From: Gemmatimonadota bacterium
Lineage (GTDB): Bacteria; Latescibacterota; UBA2968; UBA8231
DNA length: 64,000 bases
Direction of reading: 5' to 3'
Assembly: GCA_038153405.1 (NCBI GenBank)
Contig: JAYOYH010000005.1
Location: forward strand, 1 to 64,000
Shown here: piece after piece, positions 29,399 to 39,879 of the stretch
Layout: each line of letters begins with the position of its first letter
How positions within the stretch are numbered: position 1 is the stretch's first letter
Notes under the pieces: generated by a model
What the model was told of the DNA's origin: nothing
The model's database searches: none
The model's input: only the letters and a program-made list of their open reading frames with translations
Translations under genes and position numbers: made by a program

Positions 29399-30144
29399 AG
29401 AAACTCATCGTCCACCTCGGACTGGCGGCCGTATCGGCCTGCATCGCAGGCGTGCTCATGCTCGCACTGGCCGATGCCGTTATCATGCCCTATATCGTCG
29501 ATGTGCCCAGCGTAAAAATACCGCGTCTCGAAACCCTGACATCCGCGCAGGCTGCCAAGCGCCTGCAGCAGTGGGGGCTGAAGGTAGCGCACGGCGACAG
29601 CATGTATCACGAGCGGATACCCATGGGCTCCGTTATCGACCACGTGCCCGAGGCCGGCCAGCGCGTCAAGAAGGGACGCGCCGTCACCGTTCTACTGAGC
29701 CGGGGACAGCGCTACTACGCAACACCCGACCTGCGCCGGGTAAGCCAGCGCGAAGCGCGCCTGCAGCTCGAATCCCAACATCTCGGCGTCGGCTCGATCC
29801 TCTTCGTCTCTTCCAACGAAGTGTCCGAGGGCGCCGTCATCGACCAGACTCCGGCCGCCGGCACGGCGTTGGTGCGCGGCGGCCGCGTCGACTTGCGCAT
29901 CAGCAGCGGCTCTCCCTCTTCCCTCAAATCGACCCCCAACCTGCTCAATGTATCCATCGAAGCAGTAGAAGACACCCTGCGCAAGTACGAGATGCAACTC
30001 GGGCGCGTAGAAAACAAAATTGACAACAGCACCGCGCCGGGTACGATTCTAAGCCAAGTGCCCGCACCGGGCACTCCCACGCCGCGCAACACGCGCATCA
30101 ATTTGCGCGTCAGTGCCAAACGCAGAGACGGCGGAGGCCGCTAA
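29395..30144 (+). CDS. PASTA-domain membrane protein (3 repeats)
   Basis: N-terminal TM; three VI.Q.P..G repeats; GTG overlaps rsmB TGA. Confidence 0.85.
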   Translation: MKKLIVHLGLAAVSACIAGVLMLALADAVIMPYIVDVPSVKIPRLETLTSAQAAKRLQQWGLKVAHGDSMYHERIPMGSVIDHVPEAGQRVKKGRAVTVLLSRGQRYYATPDLRRVSQREARLQLESQHLGVGSILFVSSNEVSEGAVIDQTPAAGTALVRGGRVDLRISSGSPSSLKSTPNLLNVSIEAVEDTLRKYEMQLGRVENKIDNSTAPGTILSQVPAPGTPTPRNTRINLRVSAKRRDGGGR

Positions 30145-30146
30145 TC

Positions 30147-30806
30147 ATGTCCACGACCCTGCCAACCCGCATTGCTCCCTCTCTGCTCGCCGCCGATTTT
30201 GCCCACCTAGCCGATCAAATCCGCCGGGTGGAAGAGGCGGGCGCCGACTGGCTCCACTTAGACGTGATGGACGGGCGTTTCGTGCCCAATATCAGCTTTG
30301 GCATGCCCGTCCTCGAATCAATTCGTCCAACGACGCAGCTCTTTTTTGACACCCACCTAATGATGGTTGACCCCCGACCCTATATCGAACCCTTCAAGGC
30401 GGCGGGAGCCGACTCGCTGACGATTCACATCGAGACCTGTCCCGACCCCTTGCCCATCTTGGCCGAAATGCGCGCAATCGACCTGCAGTGCGGTCTGGTG
30501 CTCAATCCTGCGACCCCCGTCGAAGCGCTATTTCCCTTTCTCAACGAGCTCGACCTGGTCCTCGTCATGTCCGTCGAACCCGGCTTTGGCGGCCAGGCAT
30601 TTCAACCTCAGGCGCTGCGCAAGGTAGAAGCCCTACGCGACGAGATCGAACGGTGTGCGCTCCAGCTTCCCATCCAGATCGATGGCGGCGTAAACCCAGA
30701 CAACGCCGCCGCATGCCGCAGTGCCGGCGCCAGCATTCTGGTGGCCGGCTCGGCCGTTTTTCGCGCCGCAGATCCGGGCCGGGCCATCGCCGATTTGCGC
30801 GGCTGA
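30147..30806 (+). CDS. rpe: Ribulose-phosphate 3-epimerase
   Basis: IAPSLLAADF, HLDVMDG.FVPN, MSVEPGFGGQ, IDGG, VAGS. Confidence 0.96.
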   Translation: MSTTLPTRIAPSLLAADFAHLADQIRRVEEAGADWLHLDVMDGRFVPNISFGMPVLESIRPTTQLFFDTHLMMVDPRPYIEPFKAAGADSLTIHIETCPDPLPILAEMRAIDLQCGLVLNPATPVEALFPFLNELDLVLVMSVEPGFGGQAFQPQALRKVEALRDEIERCALQLPIQIDGGVNPDNAAACRSAGASILVAGSAVFRAADPGRAIADLRG

Positions 30807-30824
30807 GATAGCGCGCCATTTCTA

Positions 30825-30860
30825 TTGCTCGATTGAAATAGCGGCTCTATATTATATGAT
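30825..30860 (+). promoter_or_regulatory. Overlapping sigma70-type promoters of the ffh operon
   Basis: TTGCTC-N17-TATATT (30825-53) and TTGAAA-N16-TATGAT (30833-60). Confidence 0.55.
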
Positions 30861-30927
30861 TAACTGATTTTGTAGCTCTTTAACGCCGCAGATGGGCGAC
30901 GGTGAAGGGCGGCGAGGCCCGAACTCG

Positions 30928-32262
30928 ATGTTTGACCGACTCAGCGAACGCTTTGATGATATTTTCCGCCAACTGCGCGGTCAGGGGCGCATCACCGAGC
31001 GCAACATAGACGAGTCGCTGCGCGAAATTCGCCGTTCGCTGCTCGAGGCAGACGTCAACTTCACCGTAGCGCGCACTTTTATTCAGCGCGTCAAGGAACA
31101 GGCGCTCGGCCAGCAGGTCATCAAGAGCCTGACGGCTGGCCAACAGTTGGTCAAGATCGTGCACGATGAGCTCGTCGTGCTGCTGGGCGGGAACAGTGCG
31201 CCGATCAAGCTGGCCGACCACCCGCCGACCATTATCATGATGGTCGGTCTACAGGGCGGCGGTAAGACGACGATGGCCGCCAAGCTGGCGCGCTATTTCA
31301 AAGCGCAAGGTCGTCCGACACAGCTGGTCGCAGCCGATATCTACCGCCCTGCGGCCATCGACCAGTTGCAAACGCTGGGCGCCTCAATTGACGTGCCCGT
31401 CTTTAGCGCTCCGCCGGGCACCGATCCGGTCGACATCTGCCGCCAGGGCGTGACCCAGGGTAGGGCGACCAATCGCAGCGTCGTCATCGTCGATACGGCG
31501 GGTCGCCTGAGTATCGACGAGCAGATGATGGACGAGTTGGTGCGCATAAAGGCTTCGATTGAGCCGCACGAAATACTGTTTACGGCCGACAGCATGATCG
31601 GCCAGGATGCCGTCGAAACAGCCGAGCGCTTCTACGAAAAACTCGCCTTTAGCGGCGTCGTCTTGACCAAAATGGACAGCGATGCCCGCGGCGGAGCAGC
31701 GCTCTCCATCCGCGAGGTGACGGGTCAGGCGATTAAATTCATCGGCACGGGTGAGAAGGTGGAAGACCTTGAGGCCTTTCACCCCGACCGCATGGCCTCG
31801 CGCATTCTCGGCATGGGCGATGTGCTGTCGCTGGTCGAGCGCGCCGAAGCGGCGATCGAGCGCGACCAAGCGGTAAAAATGGAAGAGCGCCTGCGCAAGG
31901 CGACGTTCACATTTGAGGATTTTCTCGAGCAGTTGCAGGCCGTAAAAAAGATGGGGCCCCTAGACCAGTTGGTCGGCATGATACCGGGCGCTGGTAAGGC
32001 GATGAAAGGCATGCAGGTCGACGACGGTGCCTTTGGCCAAGTCGAAGCCATCATTCGCTCCATGACCTTGGAGGAACGCCGACGGCCCCAAGTGCTCAAT
32101 GGCAGCCGCCGCAAGCGCATTGCGCGCGGCAGCGGCACGACCATTCAAGACGTCAACCGGCTGGTCAAGCAGTTTCAGCAGATGCAGAAAATGATGAAGC
32201 AGATGAGCCGGAGCAAAATGGGTAAGATGGGTAAGAAATTTAGAATGCCCTTTGCGGGCTGA
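30928..32262 (+). CDS. ffh: Signal recognition particle protein
   Basis: MFDRLSERF, GLQGGGKTT, DIYRPAA, DTAGR, TKMD, RILGMGD, Met-rich M domain. Confidence 0.97.
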   Translation: MFDRLSERFDDIFRQLRGQGRITERNIDESLREIRRSLLEADVNFTVARTFIQRVKEQALGQQVIKSLTAGQQLVKIVHDELVVLLGGNSAPIKLADHPPTIIMMVGLQGGGKTTMAAKLARYFKAQGRPTQLVAADIYRPAAIDQLQTLGASIDVPVFSAPPGTDPVDICRQGVTQGRATNRSVVIVDTAGRLSIDEQMMDELVRIKASIEPHEILFTADSMIGQDAVETAERFYEKLAFSGVVLTKMDSDARGGAALSIREVTGQAIKFIGTGEKVEDLEAFHPDRMASRILGMGDVLSLVERAEAAIERDQAVKMEERLRKATFTFEDFLEQLQAVKKMGPLDQLVGMIPGAGKAMKGMQVDDGAFGQVEAIIRSMTLEERRRPQVLNGSRRKRIARGSGTTIQDVNRLVKQFQQMQKMMKQMSRSKMGKMGKKFRMPFAG

Positions 32263-32285
32263 ACACTAAAAAGGAGAAAACTCCG

Positions 32286-32702
32286 TTGGTTAAACTTCGC
32301 CTCACGAGAATGGGAAAGAAAAAGCAGCCCTTCTACCGCATCGTCGCCATGCACAGCACGACGGGACGCCAGGGCCAGGCGCTGGGACTGGTCGGCACCT
32401 ACGATCCGCTCCACTCTATCGTCAAGATAAACGAGGAGAACGCGCTGCTCTGGCTCAACCGCGGTGCCGAAATGACCGAGACAGTCGAGGCGCTCTTGCG
32501 CAGCCAGGGCATTTTGGCCCGCTGGCGCGGCTTTGAGGGCTCCGTTAATGAAGGTGCGCTGAGCACCGATAAGCCAAAGCGCCGGCGCAAACTGGCCAGC
32601 GCCACAGCAGCACCTGCCGCCGAAGAGACGGTAGCTGAAGCTCCGGCAGTTGCTGCAGCGCCCGCTGCCGAAGAAGCAGCTGAGGAAGCCAGCGGGGAAT
32701 AA
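32286..32702 (+). CDS. rpsP: 30S ribosomal protein S16 with Ala/Glu-rich tail
   Basis: VKLRLTRMGKKKQPFYRIV, GTYDP; SD AAGGAG, TTG start. Confidence 0.96.
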   Translation: MVKLRLTRMGKKKQPFYRIVAMHSTTGRQGQALGLVGTYDPLHSIVKINEENALLWLNRGAEMTETVEALLRSQGILARWRGFEGSVNEGALSTDKPKRRRKLASATAAPAAEETVAEAPAVAAAPAAEEAAEEASGE

Positions 32703-32720
32703 GCGCTGAGTGCGCGCGCC

Positions 32721-33233
32721 TTGGATCAACGCATCGCCGTCGCCTATATAAGCCGCAGCAAGGGCGTGCGCGGTCACGTAATGGCCGAGCCGCTCACAGA
32801 CGACCTGCAGCGGTACGATGCACTCGGCACCGTCCTCGTACAAAAGGAAGGACGGCCGGACCGGCTCTTCCAGTTGGAGCAATGGCACGCCGAAAAGCCC
32901 GGCGTATTGCTCAAATTTGCTGGCATCGACACACCCGAAGCGGCGCGTGAACTGCTCGTCAAGGGCTATGTCACGGTAGAGCGCGACCAGGTGCCTACGC
33001 TGCCGCACGGATCGTATTACATCTTCGATCTGGTCGGATGCGCAGTCGAAGACGAGAAGGGCCAGGCTATCGGCACGGTTGACGAAGTGCTGGAGATGCC
33101 GTCGACCGACGTGTATGTCGTGCGAGGACCGCACGGCGAGGTGCTCATACCCGCCGTCAAGGACTACATAAAGGACGTTCATATCGACCAGCGACGCATC
33201 GTCGTCGCCGGTATTGAAGAGCTGTTGTCGTAA
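32721..33233 (+). CDS. rimM: 16S rRNA processing protein RimM
   Basis: KGVRG, YYIFDLVG, LIPAV; operon position. Confidence 0.93.
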   Translation: MDQRIAVAYISRSKGVRGHVMAEPLTDDLQRYDALGTVLVQKEGRPDRLFQLEQWHAEKPGVLLKFAGIDTPEAARELLVKGYVTVERDQVPTLPHGSYYIFDLVGCAVEDEKGQAIGTVDEVLEMPSTDVYVVRGPHGEVLIPAVKDYIKDVHIDQRRIVVAGIEELLS

Positions 33234-33234
33234 C

Positions 33235-33966
33235 GTGAAAATCGATGTCGTAACGCTCTTCCCCGATTTTTTCACGACGCCGCTGCAGACCAGCATATTG
33301 GCGCGGGCTGTGCGCGACGGACTGCTTTCAGTGGTAGCGCATAACCCGCGCGATTTTGCCACCGACAAGCACAAGAGCGTTGATGACGAGCCCTACGGCG
33401 GTGGCGGCGGCATGGTCATGAAGCCAGAGCCCCTGTTCGCCTTGTGGCAGGCGTGCCACTTTGAGCGCGCCCACTGCATCTACCTGACGGCCGACGGCCA
33501 GACGCTCGACCACGACCTGAGCGTCGAACTTTCGCTGTGCGAACATTTGGTGCTGCTCTGCGGTCATTACAAGGGGATCGACGAGCGCGTTCGCACGCAC
33601 CTGATAGACCGCGAAGTTTCCATTGGAGACTTCGTGCTGACCGGCGGCGAACCAGCAGCACTCGTGATGATGGACGCGGTGGTTCGCCTTGTGCCAGGCG
33701 TATTGGGCAATTTCAGTTCCGCCCTGGAAGACTCCTTTCAGGACGCCGTGCTCGACTGCCCCTGGTATACGCGACCAGCAGAGTTTAACGGCGAAGGCGT
33801 TCCGCCCATCTTGCAAAGCGGCGACCACGAAAACGTGCGCCGATGGAGGCGTCAACAGGCACTGCGCAGAACATTTGAGCGCCGTCCGGACTTGTTAAAG
33901 CGAGCGCACCTCGACGAAGAGGAAATGCGACTGATAAACCAATGGAAACGAGAAGGGCTGGAATAA
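33235..33966 (+). CDS. trmD: tRNA (guanine37-N1)-methyltransferase
   Basis: VTLFP, VDDEPYGGGGGM, CGHYKGIDER, SIGDFVLTGGE, YTRP. Confidence 0.97.
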   Translation: MKIDVVTLFPDFFTTPLQTSILARAVRDGLLSVVAHNPRDFATDKHKSVDDEPYGGGGGMVMKPEPLFALWQACHFERAHCIYLTADGQTLDHDLSVELSLCEHLVLLCGHYKGIDERVRTHLIDREVSIGDFVLTGGEPAALVMMDAVVRLVPGVLGNFSSALEDSFQDAVLDCPWYTRPAEFNGEGVPPILQSGDHENVRRWRRQQALRRTFERRPDLLKRAHLDEEEMRLINQWKREGLE

Positions 33967-33990
33967 GCCCCTTAAATTAGAAGGCATACA

Positions 33991-34338
33991 ATGGACGCAA
34001 GCATTATGCGCGAGCTGACATCCGATCAGCTCAAGACCGATTTACCCGCCTTTTCTGCCGGCGATACGCTGCGCGTGCACGTGCGCGTAATCGAGGGCGA
34101 CAAGGAGCGCATTCAGGTTTTCGAAGGCACTGTGATCCAGCGCAAGGGCAGTGGCATACAGGAGACCGTTACGGTTCGCAAGATCACCCAAGGCGTTGCA
34201 ATCGAGCGCATCTTCCCCGTGCACTCGCCGCGCGTCGCGCAGATCGAGTGCACGCGCAAGGGTCGCGTTCGCCGCGCCCGCCTATTTTACCTGCGCAGCC
34301 GCAAGGGGCGCTCCGCTCGCATCCGCGAGAAGCGCTAA
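33991..34338 (+). CDS. rplS: 50S ribosomal protein L19
   Basis: [30 protein letters not shown]. Confidence 0.97.
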   Translation: MDASIMRELTSDQLKTDLPAFSAGDTLRVHVRVIEGDKERIQVFEGTVIQRKGSGIQETVTVRKITQGVAIERIFPVHSPRVAQIECTRKGRVRRARLFYLRSRKGRSARIREKR

Positions 34339-34353
34339 ACGGGGTATCGGGCC

Positions 34354-34557
34354 ATGGCCGAACCGACCGCTCCTCCTTTTACGCGCAAAAATTGGCTTCT
34401 CCTGGCCGCAGGGTTGGCGAGTATAGCGCTGGGATATATCTTCTTGCGCATACCGCCAGCCGATGGCTTCTTTTCGCTTACACTGGCCCCTCTCTTGCTC
34501 GTGGCGGGCTATTGTGCGTTATTACCGATGGCCATTTTGTATAAAAACAGTGAATAA
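34354..34557 (+). CDS. Small 2-TM membrane protein (DUF3098-like)
   Basis: FTRKNW..., SLTLAPLLLVAGY..LP.AI. Confidence 0.7.
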   Translation: MAEPTAPPFTRKNWLLLAAGLASIALGYIFLRIPPADGFFSLTLAPLLLVAGYCALLPMAILYKNSE

Positions 34558-34608
34558 AATAAGGCGGGGACTCCTAAATTCTCTTGTCTGTGCAGGAAAA
34601 CTTACGTT

Positions 34609-35256
34609 ATGCGAATTCTAATAGCCGAAGATGACGCCACATCGCGTCTGCTCCTCGAAGTTACGCTCAAACAGTGGGATCACGAGGTAATCACGGCGAA
34701 AAACGGCAGCGAGGCATGGGATATCCTTCAGGGAGAAAACCCTCCCAACTTGGCTATATTCGATTGGATGATGCCCGTTTTGGACGGCGTGGAAGTCGCT
34801 CGCCGAGCGCGCACGCTCGACGCCCTCTCCCACCTCTATATCATCATGCTCACGACGCGCGACACCAAGGACGATATAGCAGAAGCCCTTGGCGCCGGCG
34901 CCGATGACTATGTCAACAAGCCCTTCAACCGCAAAGAGCTCCAGGCGCGCATCAACGTCGGCCTGCGCGTGCTCGACCTGCAGATGACTTTGACCCGTCG
35001 CGTAAAGGAACTGGAAGATTCCATCCAGCGCGAAAAACAGCTGCAAGGCCTGTTGCCCATCTGTTCGTACTGCAAGAAAATTCGCGACGACAACAACTAC
35101 TGGTCTCAGGTTGAGCGCTATATTGAGCATCACGCAAACGTAGCGTTCAGCCACAGCATCTGCCCGGACTGCTACGACACGGTGGTTAAACCAGAAATAC
35201 AAGCCCTACAAGACTCGGTCGCCGAACAGAAAAACTCGAACAAACAGCCCGAATAA
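34609..35256 (+). CDS. Response regulator with C-terminal Cys-motif domain
   Basis: IAEDD, DWMMP..DG, GADDY..KPF; tail LPICSYCKKIRD...SHSICPDC. Confidence 0.88.
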   Translation: MRILIAEDDATSRLLLEVTLKQWDHEVITAKNGSEAWDILQGENPPNLAIFDWMMPVLDGVEVARRARTLDALSHLYIIMLTTRDTKDDIAEALGAGADDYVNKPFNRKELQARINVGLRVLDLQMTLTRRVKELEDSIQREKQLQGLLPICSYCKKIRDDNNYWSQVERYIEHHANVAFSHSICPDCYDTVVKPEIQALQDSVAEQKNSNKQPE

Positions 35257-35277
35257 ACCCCGTATCTACCACAGTAT

Positions 35278-36114
35278 ATGCGTACTGTCAGCGCAGGACC
35301 CATCGTGTCCGAAACGCGCATCCCCGATCACGCTCCCGACCTATACGGCCAGCGCTTGCTATCCGATTACGCGGCCGACCTGCACTCCATCGACGACGCG
35401 GCGATCGACGCGTTTCACGCTCTGGGCTACCTGGCCGTGCAGCGCGTTTTTTCCGATGCTGAAGTCGCTTCGGCGCGCGCGGCCATCGACGATCTTATCG
35501 CCGGCGCGGTGCCCGCTTTCCGCGGCGTACAGCGCGAGTCCGGTCGCGGCTCCGAGGCGGCTCGTCCCGTGCGCAAACTAATGCACTTCGTCGATCACGA
35601 GGCGCGCCTAGCCGCCCTTGCCCACCACACCGGGCTGAGTGCGCTCATGCAGCGCCTGATCGGCGACGTGCCTGAACTGTTTCAGGATATGGCCTTGCTA
35701 AAAGGTCCTGGAGGCAGGGAAAAACCCTGGCATCAGGACAGCGCCTATTTCGACCTGGCTCTCGGCACCGCCGTTATTGGCATCTGGATCGCCCTCGACG
35801 AAGCCGACCTCGACAACGGCTGCATGCACATTCTACCCGGCACGCATCGCATGGGCCCAGCCGAGCACTTCAAAGTGCGCGACTGGCAAATTTGCGATAG
35901 CGCAGTGCAGACGCAGCTCGATGTCGCCGTGCCCCTGCCACCCGGGGGCTGTCTCATCTGGCACGGCATGCTCCACCACGGCAGTCCGACCAACCACTCC
36001 AGCAAAATGCGCCGCGCCCTGCAGTTTCACTACAGGCCCGCATCGAGCACGCGCGTCAGCACCGAAGAGCGCATGCAGCACTTCGGCGGTGCCGTGCGCG
36101 GCGCTACCTGCTAA
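35278..36114 (+). CDS. PhyH family Fe(II)/2-OG dioxygenase
   Basis: KPWHQD, WIALD, NGCM, HHGS..N.S...RRALQ. Confidence 0.85.
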   Translation: MRTVSAGPIVSETRIPDHAPDLYGQRLLSDYAADLHSIDDAAIDAFHALGYLAVQRVFSDAEVASARAAIDDLIAGAVPAFRGVQRESGRGSEAARPVRKLMHFVDHEARLAALAHHTGLSALMQRLIGDVPELFQDMALLKGPGGREKPWHQDSAYFDLALGTAVIGIWIALDEADLDNGCMHILPGTHRMGPAEHFKVRDWQICDSAVQTQLDVAVPLPPGGCLIWHGMLHHGSPTNHSSKMRRALQFHYRPASSTRVSTEERMQHFGGAVRGATC

Positions 36115-37004
36115 GCGATTCCACAGCGCTCCAACAACAGCACATCCTCCCCCAGAAACTCACCGGACACCTGTTGGGCCGCCAGGTCAGCTGCGCGCGC
36201 AGCCGCTGCGTCTACAGACTGGCCGCGGGCTAAACGTTCACTCATATAGGTCGCAAAGAACACGTCGCCCGCTCCCGTGGGATCGCGTGCTTCGACCACG
36301 GCAACGGCGCCGAAGGGATGGATCCGTCGGCCATCCTGCTGGACATAGCCGCCGCGCGAACCGTCCGTCACCACGACCTCGCGCAGCGCATAGCGTCGCA
36401 TCAGACCATCTAGGTCGCACGATGCCCATTGCAGCAGCAGGTGCAACTCATCCTGCGCGACTTTGATCCACGAAGCAGCGCGCAGCAGCGCGTCCATCGA
36501 TGCATCTACCCTAGGATGCACGACGCCATCAACCACGCTCCGCACCATGCCCTGCACGTCGGCGCATATCGCCTTGTCTCCCTCCTTTTCCAACCACATC
36601 AGCGCAGCGCACCCTATGTCGAGCGGGTGCAGCGGTCCCAAGAGCACGCACTCAGCTCCTTGCGCAGCAGACACCAGCGCCTTGCGGCCGATCGGTGCAG
36701 CCGCCCTTGGCATCTGTTGCTGACGCTGATCGCCCAGTACGCAATTGACAAAATGCGTCGTCTCCGCACTCTCTCCCAAATACAGATCGGCACCTGCTCG
36801 GCTCAGTGCGGCCACTACGTCGGCATCGCCCGTTGCGAGATTGGTGCACACGGCGACATCATGGCCTAAGTACAGCAGCGTCAGACCGCCGTAGACCGCT
36901 ACACCACCGCGCTTATAGCCCCTCTCATCGCCCTGCACAACGCAGTCGATCGTCGCCGACCCCACCACCAACCAGCGCCGGCTATGCGCGCGTTTTTGTT
37001 TCAT
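36111..37004 (-). CDS. PfkB family carbohydrate kinase
   Basis: GG..VY N-terminal motif; VTDGSRG, DPTGAGDVF; start uncertain. Confidence 0.8.
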   Translation of the reverse strand: MKQKRAHSRRWLVVGSATIDCVVQGDERGYKRGGVAVYGGLTLLYLGHDVAVCTNLATGDADVVAALSRAGADLYLGESAETTHFVNCVLGDQRQQQMPRAAAPIGRKALVSAAQGAECVLLGPLHPLDIGCAALMWLEKEGDKAICADVQGMVRSVVDGVVHPRVDASMDALLRAASWIKVAQDELHLLLQWASCDLDGLMRRYALREVVVTDGSRGGYVQQDGRRIHPFGAVAVVEARDPTGAGDVFFATYMSERLARGQSVDAAAARAADLAAQQVSGEFLGEDVLLLERCGIA

Positions 37005-37163
37005 CGCAGCCATTCCATTTGCAGCGCAGAGGCCGACGATTGGACGCGAACGCACCTCGGCTTATTTTCACGGCAGAATGCACCCGACGGCGACTTTCAG
37101 CAGAGAATTCCATGTCTCGCCCACGCAGCCCTCAGCATCGCCTGCGCGCGTGCGCTGGCCTTT

Positions 37164-37985
37164 TTAAGCACCCCAAAATAGGCGTTCGGCTACGCGGCCG
37201 AGCACCTGATCCTTCTCGTCCTCGTTCAGTCCCAACTCGTCGGTAAACACGGCGAGGTGCTGGGCGTACGACGCCTTCTTTAGCCAGTGCTCGCAGGGGA
37301 AATCCGAACCCCACATACAGCGCTGTGGACCGAATGCGTCGATCGCGTAGCGCAGCATATCGTGCGTGTCGGCAAAGGGATAGGACTGCCGCGAAGACGT
37401 GACGCCAAAGGTCAGCTTGGCGTATAGATGCTCACAGTGGGCAAGCGCTCGGACCTGGCGCAGCACATCGCCATCTACCCCCTCATCTACCTGGGGATAG
37501 GCGCAGTGATCGAGCACGACAGGTACGTTGGGGAAGCGCGCCAGCAACTCGCCTAATTCGCACAGATGGTCCCTTTGAACGTGCGCACAGACCACGGCCT
37601 GCAGTGCACCAGCAGCGGCCCACAGCCGCTCGGACGCGGCGTGGCGAAAGCTCTCTCCCGCCGCTTCGATCCGCACGCCCTTGACGTTGTACTGGCCGAC
37701 CAATCGCTCCAGTTGGGCCACACTCTCCCCCGCGGTCGGATCCAATGTGCACACGCCCTTGGTCCAATCGGCATGCGCTCGCGCCGTGTCGGCCAGCAGG
37801 CGATTGTCCCAGCGATAGGCCGATCCGGTTTGCACCAACACGACGCGATCGATGCCGTTAGACGCCACTTCGCGGCGCAGGTGCTCGATATCTCCCACGC
37901 CTTTGGCAGGGCGAAATGGGGCCTCTTTCATCGGATAAGCGTCTTCGTCACCTGCGTATATATGGGCATGCGTATCTATGCGCAT
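37164..37985 (-). CDS. Amidohydrolase-2 family protein (possible sugar lactonase)
   Basis: IDTHAH, VLDH, MWGSDFP; SD AAGGAGG before ATG 37985. Confidence 0.85.
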   Translation of the reverse strand: MRIDTHAHIYAGDEDAYPMKEAPFRPAKGVGDIEHLRREVASNGIDRVVLVQTGSAYRWDNRLLADTARAHADWTKGVCTLDPTAGESVAQLERLVGQYNVKGVRIEAAGESFRHAASERLWAAAGALQAVVCAHVQRDHLCELGELLARFPNVPVVLDHCAYPQVDEGVDGDVLRQVRALAHCEHLYAKLTFGVTSSRQSYPFADTHDMLRYAIDAFGPQRCMWGSDFPCEHWLKKASYAQHLAVFTDELGLNEDEKDQVLGRVAERLFWGA

Positions 37986-38025
37986 AGGTCCTCCTTTTAC
38001 AGGGCAATATACGCCGCGCAGCCGC

Positions 38026-38054
38026 TTGACACACCCCCATCTCCGTGCCATGAT
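38026..38054 (+). promoter_or_regulatory. Sigma70-type promoter with extended -10
   Basis: TTGACA-N17-CATGAT with TG at 38046-47, upstream of the 38090 operon. Confidence 0.6.
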
Positions 38055-38089
38055 TACGCGCATACACAGCAAGGCAAAGAGGAACGTCC

Positions 38090-39871
38090 ATGTCATCATC
38101 TATCCGCGAAATTGGCATCCCCGTGCGCTCGGTCAACTGGGTGCATCTACACCCCGGTATCACCGGCACCGGCCAGCCCTGTATCTACGCCGTTATGGGC
38201 CAACAGGCCGCCGGCCTTTTCGTCTTGCAAATCGATATAGACAGCGGCCAGTGCCGCCAATTCACCTGCGATCTAGCCGATGCCAACTATCCGACGGCTA
38301 CCTATATGAGCCGCTCCAACCGCCTCTACATCGGCTCGTCCTACGCCGGCCATCTGCTGTGCTTTGATCCGCAGCAGGACGCCCTAATCGACCTAGGCGC
38401 CATTCATCCCGAGGCGGCGACCTTTCCCTGCCGTATCGACGAGGGAGAAGACGGTCGCCTGTGGATCGGCAGCTACCCAACCGCCGATCTAACGGCCTAC
38501 GATCCAACGACCCACACATTCCAACGCTGCGGCCGCATGGACGACGTGGATATGTATAACTATCCGCTCGTAGCCGGCGATGGACGCATCGCCAATCTAG
38601 TGCGCATGACGCAGCCGCACGTGGTACTCTATGACCCCCAAACGGACCAGAGGCAAGTCGTCGGGCCCGTGTCGGTAAAGGGCGAAAGCGAATTGGATCT
38701 CGTGCGCGGCGACGACGGCCAACTCTACATCGCCTCGTCGCTAGGCCATTTTCGCATAGAAGGCAGCGAGGCCGTCCCCGTCGACGCACTGCCTCCGCCG
38801 CGCCCGGCGCCCACACTGCCCGACGGCCGCCGGGCGGTCTTTGCCGACGCCGGCCAACAGCGCTACAAGACACTCGTGCTCAGCGCTCCCGACGGCGGCG
38901 AGCGCGCCTTTGAGCTAGACTACGAGGCCAGCGGCAGCCGCCTGTTCTACGTTCATCTGGGCCCCGACGGATGCATTTACGGCTCGAGCATCCTGCCCCT
39001 ACATCTGTTTCGGCACAACCCCCACAGCGGCGAATTGGCCGATCTCGGCGTCTGCTCGTCGGCAACGGGCGAGGCCTACTCGATGGCCAACCTCGATGGC
39101 AAGATGTATATCGCGTCCTATCCGCAGGCCAAGCTGTCCGTCTACGACCCTGCGCAAACCTACCGCTTTGGCGAGGACGCAGCGGCCAACCCGCGCGACC
39201 TGGGCCGCATGGACGAGCTTTCGTATCGCCCGCGCAGCACGCTCACCGGGCCGCTGGGCCGGGTGTGGACTGCATCGATACCCGACTACGGCCGCTGGGG
39301 TGGGCCGCTGTCCTACTACGATCCGCAGAGCGATGCGATGGCGTCGTACCAGCGCATCTGCGGCGACGCCTCGTGCTATACGCTGGCCTGGCTGCAGCGC
39401 CAAGAGCGCATCGCCGTCGGCACGACGATTGATGCCGGCTCGGGCACCCAGCCGCGCGTCGAGCGGGCCGAGCTGTTTTTGTGGGACTACCGCGCAGAAG
39501 AGAAAACTTGGGAGCACACGCTCGATTGCAAAGCGATAAACGCCCTGCTAGTCGGCCCCGATGGGCGGCTCTACGGCACATTGGTAGGCGGCTCCAATCC
39601 CGCTCTCTTCGCATTTGACCCGCAGGCACTGGCATTTACCCACTTCCTCGACCTGCCCGGCGGGGCACCCCTCGATCTCGGTCTGCAAACCGGACCCGAT
39701 GCAAGCATATACGGATTTACCCGCTCCTGCATCTATCGCCTCGACCCGACTTCGCTACAGATAGAACCCATCGTAGAGCGAAACAACGCCTTTTCCGTCG
39801 CCGGTCCCATCGTCGGCGACAGCATCTTTTTTGCCGACCTGCACCGCCTGTGCGCAGCGAGAATCTTTTAG
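38090..39871 (+). CDS. Beta-propeller repeat hypothetical protein
   Basis: Repeated G.DG.(L/I)Y.G...L..YDP....DLG blades; no signal peptide. Confidence 0.7.
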   Translation: MSSSIREIGIPVRSVNWVHLHPGITGTGQPCIYAVMGQQAAGLFVLQIDIDSGQCRQFTCDLADANYPTATYMSRSNRLYIGSSYAGHLLCFDPQQDALIDLGAIHPEAATFPCRIDEGEDGRLWIGSYPTADLTAYDPTTHTFQRCGRMDDVDMYNYPLVAGDGRIANLVRMTQPHVVLYDPQTDQRQVVGPVSVKGESELDLVRGDDGQLYIASSLGHFRIEGSEAVPVDALPPPRPAPTLPDGRRAVFADAGQQRYKTLVLSAPDGGERAFELDYEASGSRLFYVHLGPDGCIYGSSILPLHLFRHNPHSGELADLGVCSSATGEAYSMANLDGKMYIASYPQAKLSVYDPAQTYRFGEDAAANPRDLGRMDELSYRPRSTLTGPLGRVWTASIPDYGRWGGPLSYYDPQSDAMASYQRICGDASCYTLAWLQRQERIAVGTTIDAGSGTQPRVERAELFLWDYRAEEKTWEHTLDCKAINALLVGPDGRLYGTLVGGSNPALFAFDPQALAFTHFLDLPGGAPLDLGLQTGPDASIYGFTRSCIYRLDPTSLQIEPIVERNNAFSVAGPIVGDSIFFADLHRLCAARIF

Positions 39872-39879
39872 GAGACCAT

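Noticed and set aside
32600..32702. Repeated AAPAAEE in the S16 tail
   Set aside because: Low-complexity Ala/Glu extensions of S16 are common.
32175..33374. 399-aa minus-strand ORF and many similar overlapping ORFs (e.g. 44876-45898, 19050-19907, 7527-8333)
   Set aside because: Antisense or alternate-frame shadows of well-supported genes in GC-rich DNA, with no motifs.
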